Below are positions 8,965-18,544 of a stretch of 64,000 bases of DNA, one piece after another. The first letter of the stretch is position 1; the number at the start of each line of letters is the position of its first letter. The notes under the pieces were generated by a model. The model was not told the DNA's origin, searched no databases, and saw only the letters and a list, made by a program, of their open reading frames with translations. Source of the stretch: Pseudomonadales bacterium (GTDB lineage: Bacteria; Pseudomonadota; Gammaproteobacteria; Pseudomonadales; Azotimanducaceae); assembly GCA_022827905.1 (NCBI GenBank), contig JAJEIQ010000050.1, positions 1,385 to 65,384 of the forward strand, given 5' to 3'. Position numbers and translations under genes: made by a program.

Positions 8965-9747
8965 CTACAGGAAAGCGGAGCGCTGACAGCGCTGGCGAAT
9001 CTGAACGGCCCGCTCGACCGGATCGGGAAAGGCGTCGCGCAACGCCTTGGATCGTATCTCCAAACTGACATCTAGGCCGGAGCGACAGACCGCCTCGATA
9101 TCGGCCCTTCTTGCCTCGCCCTCCCCTAGTGGACAGCGTCCGTCCACGGCGGCTTCGATGTAATCCACACCCGCCATGGCGGCCGACGACTGAAGGAAGT
9201 CACAGGCCTGCACATAGGCAAATTGCTCAGAATCCAGCGACGGGAGGGCATCGCCAGCGCGGTTCAGGTGCATGAGATCGATCAGGATGCCCGCGGCCGG
9301 ACGATCGACGGCGGCGATGAACGCACGGGCGGCTGACAGCGACTTGATTTGCGTGAACTCACCAAACTCTAGGTTGATCCGAATGTCGCCGCCCACCAGC
9401 TCGCAGAGTTCCCGGAACTGAGACAAGGAAGCTTCGTAGTCGTCGTGGCGGGAAACCACCAGAACGTTTCTGGCGCCTAGCTTTAAGCCTGCATCGAGAA
9501 TCAGCTTCTGCGCATCCGTCGCCCGGTCGCCGTCGCCGAGCCAAAGCGCCTCGACGTCAACCAGCCTGATGCCCGTCTCAGCCAGCGCGGCGCGGGTGTT
9601 TGCCAATGCATCGCCATCCCAGGTCGTTGCCGGGTCAACCCACATGCCGCAGGTTTCGAAACCGGCCTTGTGCGCAATGCGAGGGATCTCCCAAGGCAGC
9701 GCATCCGGAACGCAGCCCGCTGCGAGTGCCCAATAGGGCTCAGCCAC
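8965..9747 (-). CDS. sugar phosphate isomerase/epimerase (xylose-isomerase-like TIM barrel)
   Basis: The GTG start overlaps the upstream TAG by 1 nt (9747). The translation resembles TIM-barrel AP-endonuclease-2/xylose-isomerase-like proteins (family call from memory). Confidence 0.75.
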   Translation of the reverse strand: MAEPYWALAAGCVPDALPWEIPRIAHKAGFETCGMWVDPATTWDGDALANTRAALAETGIRLVDVEALWLGDGDRATDAQKLILDAGLKLGARNVLVVSRHDDYEASLSQFRELCELVGGDIRINLEFGEFTQIKSLSAARAFIAAVDRPAAGILIDLMHLNRAGDALPSLDSEQFAYVQACDFLQSSAAMAGVDYIEAAVDGRCPLGEGEARRADIEAVCRSGLDVSLEIRSKALRDAFPDPVERAVQIRQRCQRSAFL

Positions 9748-11948
9748 TAGGCGAGCTTCAGGGGCAACGAGCGCAGGCGTTGGCCGGTTGCGGCAAAGAC
9801 CGCGTTGGCGACCGCGGGCGCGATTGGCGGCAAGCCGGGTTCACCCACCCCGGTTGGCTCTTCCGTGCTGTCGATGATCACCACGTCCACCGCCGGTGCC
9901 TCGTTCATGCGCAGGATGGGGTAGTCGTGGAAGTTGCTCTGCTTGATCGCGCCGTTCTCCAAGTCGAGTTCACCGTGCAGGGCCGCGGTCAGCCCGTACA
10001 TGACCGAGCCTTCCATCTGTGCCCGCACGATGTCCGGGTTCACGGCGACGCCGCAATCCACCACGCAGAGCACGCGGTGGACCTTGATCGCGCCGTTATC
10101 GACGGAAACCTCCGCCACCTCCGCCACATCGGTGCTGAACGAGCTATGCGCGGCGAACCCCAGATGGCGGCCTGGACGCCTTGGCCACTGGCGTAGGCGT
10201 TCGCCCGCGACCCGGATGACATTGTGCAGCCGGGGCTTGTCCTGGGTGTTGCGCAACCGGAATTCGACTGCATCCAAGCCCGCCTTGGCGGCGAGTTCGT
10301 CCATCATCGTTTCCTTGGCGAAGGCCGTGTAGGAGTGCCCAACCGACCGCCAGAAGGTGAGCGGCAGCCCGTGGTTGACGGTCACGTGTCGCACTTCGCG
10401 GTTCGGGGTGTCGTAGTCCTCGTACAGCCCCTCGATGCTGGAGTGATCCACCACCCAGCCGTCAAACGCGCCGTCGGCGAGGCCCACCATCCAATCGATG
10501 ACGCCGTCGCCCACCGCGCCCGGCAGCAGCGCCGGCATCATGTTGCCTAGCGTATCCGGCGTGATGTTGCCGCCGACGCGCTTGGCCTGCCAAGCGGTCA
10601 GGCGGCCCGCATCGTCGACGCCCGCCTTGATCCGCATGAGGGAGGCCGGGCGGTAGATGCCGCTTTGAATGTCGTCCTCGCGGCTCCACAGCACCTTGAT
10701 CGGCTTGCCGGTGGCCACGGCCAACTGGGTGGCTTCAATCACATGGGTCAACGTCGCCCGGCGGCCAAAGCCGCCGCCGAGATAGGTGTTGTGCGCCCGG
10801 ACCTTCGACTTCTCCAATCCGGAGTAGCGCGCCACCAGCCCTTGCGCCGCGACGATGCCTTGGCTGCCGGTCCAGACATCCGCCTCGCCGCCTTCGATGC
10901 GCACCACCGCATTCATGGGCTCCATGGGCGCATGGGCCAGATAGGGCGCCCAGTACTCGTTGTCCACGACTTGGCTGGCTTGCCGAAACCCGGCATCCAA
11001 GTCGCCCCGCTCGCCTGTCACATCACCGTCTCGATCCAGGCCGACCCGGTAGTCCGCCTGTAGCCGCTCGGTGTCGAGGCTAGCGAGCGGCGGCAGGCTC
11101 CATTCCACCTCGAGCGCCTGCGCCCCCTTCTTCGCCGCCCAATAGCGGTCCGCGACAACCGCCACCCCGCTGCCGATTTCGACCACGTCGGTGATGCCCG
11201 GGACCGAGCGCGCCTTATCGTCGCGAAAGGACTTCAGCGCGCCTCCGGCCACCGGGCAGCGCCGCACCACCCCGTGATGCAGGCCCGGAACATCGATGTC
11301 GATGCCGAACTCGGCGGTGCCCGTGGACTTCTCCAGCGCATCAATCCGCGCAAACTCCTTGCCGATGTACTTGAATTCGCTAGCGGGCTTCAGCGGTGCC
11401 TCGGCGGGCATTGCAAACGCCGCAGCGGCGGCCACGAAATGGCCGTAGGGATGCCGTTCGCCATCAACCAACACATGGCCGTCCTCGGTGGAGAGCGCCG
11501 CAACGGGCCGTCCCAACTGACCGGCTGCAGCCTCCAGCAGCACGGCGCGAACATTGGCGCCCACTTGGCGCAGCTGCCGGTAGTGGGCCTTGATCGACGT
11601 GCTGCCGCCGGTGCCCTGCACGCCGAACTCCGGGTTGGCGTAGTCGGAATGCACACCCGCCCAGAGCACCTCGATCTCCCAAGGGGCCACGTCGAGTTCC
11701 TCGGCAACCAGCGTGGTCAACCCGGTGTTGACGCCCTGCCCCATCTCATCGCGCGGGCAGTAGAAGCGGAAGTGGTTCTCCGGGGTGATCTGCAAGAAGG
11801 CATTGGGCACGAAGTCGCCTTCCAATCGGACCACGGGCGGCGCGCTGGAACTGCAGCCCGTGAGCGTGAAGCCGACCACCAACCCGCCGCCGGCGACGCC
11901 GGAGGCTTTGAGAAAGCGGCGTCTGGAGACGTTCACCAACCCGTCCAT
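9747..11948 (-). CDS. molybdopterin-binding subunit of xanthine dehydrogenase-family hydroxylase (IorB/aldehyde oxidase type), Tat-exported
   Basis: Twin-arginine signal [27 protein letters not shown]. 733 aa with aldehyde oxidase/xanthine dehydrogenase Mo-binding-like sequence. The ATG overlaps the upstream TGA at 11948. Confidence 0.9.
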   Translation of the reverse strand: MDGLVNVSRRRFLKASGVAGGGLVVGFTLTGCSSSAPPVVRLEGDFVPNAFLQITPENHFRFYCPRDEMGQGVNTGLTTLVAEELDVAPWEIEVLWAGVHSDYANPEFGVQGTGGSTSIKAHYRQLRQVGANVRAVLLEAAAGQLGRPVAALSTEDGHVLVDGERHPYGHFVAAAAAFAMPAEAPLKPASEFKYIGKEFARIDALEKSTGTAEFGIDIDVPGLHHGVVRRCPVAGGALKSFRDDKARSVPGITDVVEIGSGVAVVADRYWAAKKGAQALEVEWSLPPLASLDTERLQADYRVGLDRDGDVTGERGDLDAGFRQASQVVDNEYWAPYLAHAPMEPMNAVVRIEGGEADVWTGSQGIVAAQGLVARYSGLEKSKVRAHNTYLGGGFGRRATLTHVIEATQLAVATGKPIKVLWSREDDIQSGIYRPASLMRIKAGVDDAGRLTAWQAKRVGGNITPDTLGNMMPALLPGAVGDGVIDWMVGLADGAFDGWVVDHSSIEGLYEDYDTPNREVRHVTVNHGLPLTFWRSVGHSYTAFAKETMMDELAAKAGLDAVEFRLRNTQDKPRLHNVIRVAGERLRQWPRRPGRHLGFAAHSSFSTDVAEVAEVSVDNGAIKVHRVLCVVDCGVAVNPDIVRAQMEGSVMYGLTAALHGELDLENGAIKQSNFHDYPILRMNEAPAVDVVIIDSTEEPTGVGEPGLPPIAPAVANAVFAATGQRLRSLPLKLA

Positions 11949-12442
11949 CAGGAGACCTCCGTGGCCAAGTCATCAAGCGAGGGGCCGCTGGCCTGGCCGG
12001 CCACGGACAAAATGGCCTGCTTGATGCGCGGGTAGCAGCCGCAGCGGCAGATGTTGCCGGCCATGGCGCTCTCCACCTCGGCCTCATTGGCGTTCGGGTT
12101 TCGCGCCAAGAGCGCCGCCGCGGACATGATCTGGCCCGGCTGGCAATAGCCGCATTGCGGGACGCTGTGGGATACCCACGCCTCCTGCAGGGGGTGGAGC
12201 TGGTCGGGCTCCGCCAAGCCCTCGATGGTGGTGACCGCCTTGCCAGCCACGGCCGCAATGGGCAGTACACAGGTGCGCACCGCCTCGCCATCCACATGCA
12301 TGGTGCAGGAGCCGCAAAAGCCCGCTCCGCATCCGAACTTGGAACCCTTCAGCTTGAAGGTGTCCCGCACCGCCCAAAGCAGGGGCGTGTCGGGCGATTC
12401 ATCGGTCTGCACCCGGATGCCGTACAGGGTAAATTCAATCAT
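11948..12442 (-). CDS. (2Fe-2S)-binding small subunit of Mo-hydroxylase
   Basis: Two [2Fe-2S] Cys clusters: CGAGFCGSCTMHV and CGYCQPGQIM...CRCGCY. 164 aa. Confidence 0.9.
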   Translation of the reverse strand: MIEFTLYGIRVQTDESPDTPLLWAVRDTFKLKGSKFGCGAGFCGSCTMHVDGEAVRTCVLPIAAVAGKAVTTIEGLAEPDQLHPLQEAWVSHSVPQCGYCQPGQIMSAAALLARNPNANEAEVESAMAGNICRCGCYPRIKQAILSVAGQASGPSLDDLATEVS

Positions 12443-12508
12443 CAGTCACCTCGATGGGCTATTGAGGTCAGTTGCAAAAAAGGCTGGCTTGGTGTAGTGG
12501 GGCCGACT

Positions 12509-13588
12509 TCAGATCGGGCGCCGTCGCAGCATCTGCCAGAAGAACTTGGCGGCGGCGACGGGGCCGCTGAACTCCTTGACGTGGGGCGAGGGGCTGTAGG
12601 CGAAGGGCCACTCAATGACCGCGCGGCGGAAACTAGGCCGCGCAAAGGCACGCTCGGTGTACTCGGCGACGCGGCTCCGGTCCGAACGGCCTTCCCAAAG
12701 AGGCCCTAGGCCCAACCACTTGAGCCGATAAAGGCTGTTGGTCCACATGATGTCGGCCATCGTGTATCGACTCCCCAACGCCCACGGGCCACCGGTGTCT
12801 TCAAGCTGCGCCTCCAAGGCCTCCACGTGTTCCGCCATGCCTTTGTGGGCGGCGCGCATGCTCGGCGCGTCGTAAACGAACTGGCTGGCGCTTGACTCCT
12901 TGGTGATCTTTGCCCGGTAGGCCGCCAGGGTCTCCTCGGCACTCTGCTTCTCCGCCTCGCCCATCATGGCTTCCACGGCGGCGATCTTCTTCGCGTGGAT
13001 GTCCTTGATGTTGACGGCCAGTCCCTTGGGACGGTTGTCACCGTCCGGATGGGCACCGTAGAGCACAGCCACGTGGGGCGCCCGGTCCACCAAATCAACC
13101 TGCGCCCTGACCGCATTGGCCAACTCATCCGGCATGAGACGGTCGCCCTCGGCCCACTCGCGGTCCAAGTACTCGCAGATTCGAGCCGAGTCCACCACCG
13201 CCTGCTGCTTCTTGTGATCAACCAAGGTGGGCACCACGCACGGGTCGAATCCTTCGGTGGCCACCGAGGAGACGCCGGTGTAGCCATCCACCAGCTTGGC
13301 GTTCGGCGCACCGTGCAGGCGCAGGCCAACGTATTCGGGGCGGTAGTTTTCGGGAATGGAGCTGCCAGCCGGCATGATGTTCATGTCGTGGGAGCGAAAC
13401 GGGATGCCACGCTCGAACATAACCGTGCGCACCTTGAACGAGCACAGCGAGGGCGCGGAGTGATAGAGCTCGAATCTCGGCCCGCCCGTTGCGGAAGCGC
13501 CGTCCATCCTGACGACGGAATCGCGGCGCGGATGGGCCAAAACCCGGTTGGCGGACGCGACGATCTGCTCAAAGGCTGACTCGGCCAT
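12509..13588 (-). CDS. glutathione S-transferase-like protein (long form)
   Basis: Thioredoxin-like GST N-domain pattern: ELYHSAPSLCSFKVRTVMFERGIPF ... VVPTLVDHKKQQAVVDSARICEYLD. At 359 aa it is longer than canonical GSTs. Confidence 0.6.
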   Translation of the reverse strand: MAESAFEQIVASANRVLAHPRRDSVVRMDGASATGGPRFELYHSAPSLCSFKVRTVMFERGIPFRSHDMNIMPAGSSIPENYRPEYVGLRLHGAPNAKLVDGYTGVSSVATEGFDPCVVPTLVDHKKQQAVVDSARICEYLDREWAEGDRLMPDELANAVRAQVDLVDRAPHVAVLYGAHPDGDNRPKGLAVNIKDIHAKKIAAVEAMMGEAEKQSAEETLAAYRAKITKESSASQFVYDAPSMRAAHKGMAEHVEALEAQLEDTGGPWALGSRYTMADIMWTNSLYRLKWLGLGPLWEGRSDRSRVAEYTERAFARPSFRRAVIEWPFAYSPSPHVKEFSGPVAAAKFFWQMLRRRPI

Positions 13589-13737
13589 GGTGTGGGCTCC
13601 CCATAGCTATGTTCCCACTTTGCAGTCTATGGCAAACATTTGTTCGGGTACACATTACATCTCGCCAATTGCTGGCATACTGCCATGCAATCTCGTATGG
13701 CGAAGCTGAGACGCCTGTCTCCAAGGAGGTGCCGCCC

Positions 13738-15492
13738 ATGAACCGGATCCACAAGCTCGCCCTTTCCGCCGGATTGGTCTGGCTTGCGCTGCCCATGGGC
13801 CCGGCGGCGCAGACCGAATCGGAGCCGGCAGCGGATGATCCTGGCCCTCCCAATTTCCTGCTGGTGGTTGCCGATGACCTCGGCTGGTCCGACGTTGGCG
13901 CGCTGGGCGGCGAAATCCGCACGCCAACGCTCGATGCGCTGGCCACCGAAGGTACCGTCCTCACCGACTACTACGTGGCGCCCACTTGCTCGCCGACCCG
14001 CGCCATGCTCATGACCGGCGTGGACAACCACTTGGCCGGCGTCGGCACCATGATGCACATACGCGCCCCCAATCAAGCGAATCGCAACTACGACGCCCAA
14101 CTGCACGATGGGGTCGTGACCGTCTCCGAAGTCCTCAAGGCCCAAGGCTACGAGACCTTTATGTCCGGCAAGTGGCACCTCTCCATTGACCGGGACCAGG
14201 AGCCCCAGGCCCGGGGCTTTGACCGTTCATTCACGCTCATCCAAGGCGGCGCCAGCCACTTCGCCGACAGCACGCCGCTGGGTCCGTTGGAGATTCCGCG
14301 CTACCTGGAGGACGGCCGTGAAGTGACGCTGCCGAATGACTTCTATTCGAGCGTCTCCTACACCGACAAGATGCTCGAGTATCTGGCGCAGCGGAACCCG
14401 GAAGCGCCCTTCTTCGCCTATCTGGCCTACACCGCCCCCCACGACCCCCTCCAAGTGCCGGATGACTGGCTGAACCGCTATGCAGGGGCCTACGACGAGG
14501 GGCCAGACTCGGTACGGACGCGGCGAGCGGAACGGGTGCGCGAGCTCGGCCTCTTTCCGCAGGGCGCCCCGCTCTGGCAGCTACCGAATTTCCCCGCCTG
14601 GTTGCCGACCCACAGGGCGCCTTGGGCGGAGCGAACGCCCGAGGAGCGGGCACGCGACGCCCGTCCCATGGAAATCTACGCCGCCATGGTGGAACTGATG
14701 GATCAGCAGCTTGGCCGCGTGATCAAGGCACTGCAAGCCTCGGGCGATCTCGACAACACCTTGGTGCTGTTCTTTTCCGACAACGGCGCGAGCGCCGTGG
14801 CGCCGCTCATCTATCCGGGCAACACCACCGAATGGCTGGCCGAAAACTGGCGCGCGCCGCCCGAGGAGCCGGGGCGGATCGGCAACTTCACCATCATGGG
14901 GCCGGAATGGGCCACCGTGTCCAACACCCCTTGGCGGCTGGTCAAGGGCAGTCCCGGCGAAGGCGGCGTTCGCTCGCCTTTCATTGCCCGCGGCCCCGGC
15001 ATCGCCGCCGGACGCTATGAGAGTGGATTGGCCCATGTGATGGACTTAACGCCCACGCTGCTCGACTTCTCAGGCGCTGAGGCCGCGGTGACCGACCCGA
15101 TCTACGAAGGCAAGCTGCGTCCCCAAGGCCATTCCCTGCGTCCCTTGCTCGCCAGCACCGGTGAATCATCGCGGCAAACGGTGCTGATCGAACTCTTCGG
15201 TGCCCGGGCGCTGCGCCACGGCGACTGGAAGGTCAGCTGGATGGACCCACCCCGCGGCAAGGGCGATTGGCGCCTGTTCGACATGGCTAATGACCCCGGC
15301 GAAACCGAGGATCTGTCCGACCGGCACCCCGAAGTGCGCGATGACTTGGCATCGCGATACGCAGCCCTGCAAACGGACTACGGCATCATTCACCCCGAGC
15401 CGACGTTCAATCCGAGCCTGCGCCAAACCTACGGCGGCGAGTGCGACTGGTGGTGCGAGCTACGCTTCAGGGCGTTGGAGTGGTTGCAGTAG
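13738..15492 (+). CDS. arylsulfatase (Cys-type, secreted)
   Basis: AAGGAGG lies 9 nt upstream of ATG 13738. Signal peptide MNRIHKLALSAGLVWLALPMGPAAQ. Sulfatase signature CSPTRAMLMTG. The ORF-track start 13609 is rejected. Confidence 0.9.
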   Translation: MNRIHKLALSAGLVWLALPMGPAAQTESEPAADDPGPPNFLLVVADDLGWSDVGALGGEIRTPTLDALATEGTVLTDYYVAPTCSPTRAMLMTGVDNHLAGVGTMMHIRAPNQANRNYDAQLHDGVVTVSEVLKAQGYETFMSGKWHLSIDRDQEPQARGFDRSFTLIQGGASHFADSTPLGPLEIPRYLEDGREVTLPNDFYSSVSYTDKMLEYLAQRNPEAPFFAYLAYTAPHDPLQVPDDWLNRYAGAYDEGPDSVRTRRAERVRELGLFPQGAPLWQLPNFPAWLPTHRAPWAERTPEERARDARPMEIYAAMVELMDQQLGRVIKALQASGDLDNTLVLFFSDNGASAVAPLIYPGNTTEWLAENWRAPPEEPGRIGNFTIMGPEWATVSNTPWRLVKGSPGEGGVRSPFIARGPGIAAGRYESGLAHVMDLTPTLLDFSGAEAAVTDPIYEGKLRPQGHSLRPLLASTGESSRQTVLIELFGARALRHGDWKVSWMDPPRGKGDWRLFDMANDPGETEDLSDRHPEVRDDLASRYAALQTDYGIIHPEPTFNPSLRQTYGGECDWWCELRFRALEWLQ

Positions 15493-15559
15493 CTCTAACA
15501 GCCCTCCCGAGGATTGATTTCCAAGCCACTGAATCTAAAGAAAATTCGGGTGACCAGTT

Positions 15560-15736
15560 CGAGGGCGGGACGCCCTCGCTCCGACCTTCGTTCGAAGTGA
15601 TTCCCCCGGGAGCGAGGGCGGGGCACCCTCGCTTCGACCTTCGTTCGAAGTGATTCCCCCGGGAGCAAGGGCGGGGCACCCTCGCTTCGACCTTCGTTCG
15701 AAGTGATTCCCCCGGAGCGAGGGCGTCCCGCCCTCG
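15560..15736. repeat. 53-bp tandem repeat array (3.3 units) of GC-rich hairpins between convergent genes
   Basis: Units lie at 15560-15612, 15613-15665 and 15666-15717, with a partial unit at 15718-15736. Each unit carries a GAGGGCG-NNN-C(G/A)CCCTC hairpin, then CTTCGTTCGAAG and CCCGGG palindromes. The first hairpin (15561-15577, GAGGGCGGGACGCCCTC) and the last (15719-15735, GAGGGCGTCCCGCCCTC) are exact reverse complements. Confidence 0.9.
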
Positions 15737-15773
15737 ATGGGATTCCTCTGCTCAATGCGAGATCAAGATACCC

Positions 15774-16295
15774 TTATCCATCCATAATGAGCGGCTTGGT
15801 CAGGTCGACGCCTGCCCTTGCTGCCTTGTGCAATTCCGAAACCTGCATGCCCGGGCCCGGCTCGATCAGCTCGATGGTCTTGCCGTCGGGGTCACGCATC
15901 ACGCAAAACTTGGAGCCCGCCAATTGGCCTTCGTCCGCGGATAGCGGTTCGGTATGGAAATCGATTCCCGCAGCGGTCAACCGGGCGTACACATCATCGA
16001 GATCATCGACCGCAAAACAGATGTACACGTAACCGATGTCGTCCTGGCGCATTTCCATGGGTTTGCGCGTCGGCTCGAACTCCAACAGCTCAATCGCAAA
16101 GTTGCCCACCGGCAGCAGCGCCGCCCGGTGAACGTGCTTGGGCAACTGCAGCACCCGTTCTCCGCTGGGGCCGGAGACTTCCAGCGCGACACCCGGCGCA
16201 AGTCCAAAGACCTTTCCATACCACTTGATGGCCCGCTCAAGGTTAGTGACGGTAATGCCGACGTGATGAAAGGTTGCTGAAATGGGCAACGTCAA
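15774..16295 (-). CDS. VOC family protein (glyoxalase/bleomycin resistance/dioxygenase fold)
   Basis: N-terminus FHHVGITVTNLERAIKWYGKVFGL and C-terminal half VMRDPDGKTIELIE are typical VOC motifs. Confidence 0.85.
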   Translation of the reverse strand: MTLPISATFHHVGITVTNLERAIKWYGKVFGLAPGVALEVSGPSGERVLQLPKHVHRAALLPVGNFAIELLEFEPTRKPMEMRQDDIGYVYICFAVDDLDDVYARLTAAGIDFHTEPLSADEGQLAGSKFCVMRDPDGKTIELIEPGPGMQVSELHKAARAGVDLTKPLIMDG

Positions 16296-16400
16296 TGCGT
16301 AGTCCTTCTGTTGATTGGCGTCTGTTGGCCGATCTCACAAGTGTCCCAACAAGCTTCAAACAAATCAAACTGTGCGATCAAGGTACACATAGACGCCTGT

Positions 16401-16429
16401 TTGCCTCTCGGAAAAGACCGCGATATGGT
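16401..16429 (+). promoter_or_regulatory. possible sigma70 promoter of vapBC
   Basis: TTGCCT (16401-16406), a 17-nt spacer, then TATGGT (16424-16429), about 30 nt upstream of the vapB ATG. Confidence 0.3.
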
Positions 16430-16459
16430 TTAACAGTATCACTAGTACGGGTGACCCAT

Positions 16460-16705
16460 ATGAAAACCACCATTGAGCTTCCGGACGAGTTGCTCGATCA
16501 GCTTCGGCGCGTGGCTCGGCAGGAGGACTCCACTCTCCGGCGGCTGGTCGAGGAAGGTCTGCAGCGCTGTCTCAAGGCCCGCCGGACGGCGGCGCACCGG
16601 GAACTGGACTTTCCAAGCTATGGCGGCAGCGGGCTCACCCCGGAGTTTCAGGGCGCTCCGTGGAGCCAGCTCCGCGATGAGATCTATCGTGAGCGGGGCG
16701 CATGA
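16460..16705 (+). CDS. vapB: type II antitoxin (VapB-like)
   Basis: 81-aa protein MKTTIELPDELLDQLRRVARQEDSTLRRLVEEGL. Its stop overlaps the PIN toxin start (ATGA 16702-16705). The ORF-track start 16274 is rejected. Confidence 0.7.
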   Translation: MKTTIELPDELLDQLRRVARQEDSTLRRLVEEGLQRCLKARRTAAHRELDFPSYGGSGLTPEFQGAPWSQLRDEIYRERGA

Positions 16706-17139
16706 TCGCCATCGACACCAACTTGTTGGTTTATGCCCATCGTCCGGAAATGCCCTTCCATGGGCGCGCCCGGCAGGTGGTGGCCGACGCCGTTGGCGGC
16801 CCGGAACCGGTGGCGGTTCCCTGGCCATGCGTTCACGAATTTCTCGCGGTCGTCTCGAACCCGCGGATCTTCACGGACCCCACACCGATGGACTTGGCCC
16901 TGGATGCCATGGGACGGCTCCTCAACAGCCTCAGCGGCGGATTCCTAGCCGAAAGTGAAGGCTACTTGGACGCCTTTGAGCGAATCGCCCGGCCCGCGCA
17001 CCTGCAAGGCGGGGTCGTGCACGACGCCCGGATTGCCGCGCTCTGCCTGTATCACGGCGTCAGGGTGCTCTGGTCCGCTGATCGCGACTTTTCGCGCTTC
17101 CCGAAACTCGCTGTTGCCAATCCGCTTCCGGTGAGTTGA
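16702..17139 (+). CDS. vapC: PIN-domain toxin VapC
   Basis: MIAIDTNLLVYA... carries the N-terminal acidic Asp of a PIN domain. A further acidic residue lies in the ...WSADRDF motif. 145 aa, coupled to an upstream small antitoxin. Confidence 0.85.
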   Translation: MIAIDTNLLVYAHRPEMPFHGRARQVVADAVGGPEPVAVPWPCVHEFLAVVSNPRIFTDPTPMDLALDAMGRLLNSLSGGFLAESEGYLDAFERIARPAHLQGGVVHDARIAALCLYHGVRVLWSADRDFSRFPKLAVANPLPVS

Positions 17140-17290
17140 CGGGACTGGGTCAGAGGCACCTTAGGCGGGGTGCAGATAGCCGACGTAGGCATGTCGATAG
17201 TATCTTCACAGCCATCACGAAGTGTTGGAGGCGGAGGATCCGTAGCGGGAATGCTGTCTCGGTTTATGGAGATAGGTTTGAGGAGGCCAT

Positions 17291-18544
17291 TTGAGTAGCT
17301 GGCCGGTCCGTTACAACATCGTCGCGCTGGCCGCTGCGGCTGTTTTCATCTGTTACATAGACCGGGTGATAATATCGATCGCCATCATCCCCATGTCCGC
17401 GGATTACGGCTGGAACTCGGAACAGCAAGGTCTGGTGCTCTCGTCTTTTTTCCTCGGTTACCTGTTGACCCAGATCGCAGGTGGCTGGCTTGCCGAACGA
17501 TACGGCGGCAAAATCGTTCTCGCGGCTGGCGTCATCTTCTGGTCACTCTCGACAATCCTGACACCGATCGCCGCAGCCGGTGGGCTGACCGCGCTGTTGA
17601 TCACCAGGGTGCTGATGGGCGTGGGTGAAGGTGTCACCTTTCCCTCCATTTATGCGTTGTTCGGACGATGGATTCCAGAGTCAGCGCGCTCCCGCGCCAT
17701 CGGCATACTGTTCTCGATGATCCCACTCGGCAGTGTGTTTGCTCTGCTGGCAACCCCTTGGATCGTGACTCACTATGGCTGGAAGATGGGCTTTTACCTC
17801 TTTGGCGCCGTCGGTTTCGTCTGGTGGTTGTTCTGGCAACGCAACGCAACCGGCCGCCCAGAAACGCACCCCAGGATTTCTCGGGCAGAGGTCGAGTTTA
17901 TCCAGGACGGCATAGGTGGTGATGAAACCACGCCGCCAGCCATAAGGGCTCTGCTGACTACGCCTGCCGTCTGGGCAATCATCGTTGCCCACTTCTGCGC
18001 AAACTGGGGCGGTTACGTACTGCTGGCGTGGATGCCAACCTACCTCAACAAGGGGCTTGGCGTTGACTTCGCCGCGGTTGGCATCTACACCATGATTCCA
18101 GCGGTTTTTGCTTTTTTGGCGCTCAATGCGGGCGGCTGGCTGGCTGACAACTTCCTACGCCGGGGTTTCAACAAGACCCGCGTGCGCAAAACGATGCAGG
18201 CCGTTGGATTCGGCGGCTTCGCCATTGTCCTGTCCGTTGTTGGCTATGTCGAAAGTGTTCCCCTGGCCATCGCAATGATGTCAATCGGCAACATATTCAG
18301 TGGTGCGCTGGCCGGCGGGTTTGGAGTCAATCATCTGGACATCGCACCTCGGGGCGCAGGGGTCATCATGGGATTGTCGAACACAGCCGGGACAATACCC
18401 GGCGTCATTGGTGTCTATGTCAGTGGCTTGATCCTACAGGAGACCGGATCCTGGGCGCTGGTTTTTCAAACCGGGGCGGGCATCATGGTATTCGGCCTGC
18501 TGTTCTATCTGGTGTTCGCCAAATCAGACAAGCTGTTTGACTAG
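17291..18544 (+). CDS. MFS transporter (anion:cation symporter-like)
   Basis: 12-TM-like hydrophobic profile. MFS motif GGWLAERYGGK. 417 aa. Confidence 0.9.
   Translation: MSSWPVRYNIVALAAAAVFICYIDRVIISIAIIPMSADYGWNSEQQGLVLSSFFLGYLLTQIAGGWLAERYGGKIVLAAGVIFWSLSTILTPIAAAGGLTALLITRVLMGVGEGVTFPSIYALFGRWIPESARSRAIGILFSMIPLGSVFALLATPWIVTHYGWKMGFYLFGAVGFVWWLFWQRNATGRPETHPRISRAEVEFIQDGIGGDETTPPAIRALLTTPAVWAIIVAHFCANWGGYVLLAWMPTYLNKGLGVDFAAVGIYTMIPAVFAFLALNAGGWLADNFLRRGFNKTRVRKTMQAVGFGGFAIVLSVVGYVESVPLAIAMMSIGNIFSGALAGGFGVNHLDIAPRGAGVIMGLSNTAGTIPGVIGVYVSGLILQETGSWALVFQTGAGIMVFGLLFYLVFAKSDKLFD

Noticed and set aside
13669-13690. TTGCTGGCATACTGCCATGCAA in the GST/sulfatase divergent spacer resembles a sigma54 -24/-12 element and a palindrome.
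   Set aside because: The GG-to-GC spacing is off by one relative to TGGCAC-N5-TTGC. No enhancer-binding protein gene is nearby.
15560-15736. The regular 53-bp period with palindromic cores looked like a possible CRISPR array.
   Set aside because: The whole unit, including the would-be spacer, is repeated nearly identically. There are no unique spacers and no cas genes in the window. I call it a tandem hairpin repeat.
18542-18544. The TAG between the MFS gene and the in-frame PhyH remnant could be a programmed read-through or recoding site.
   Set aside because: Sharing a frame has a one-in-three chance. A fusion of a complete MFS to a partial dioxygenase makes no structural sense. Truncation is the simpler explanation.
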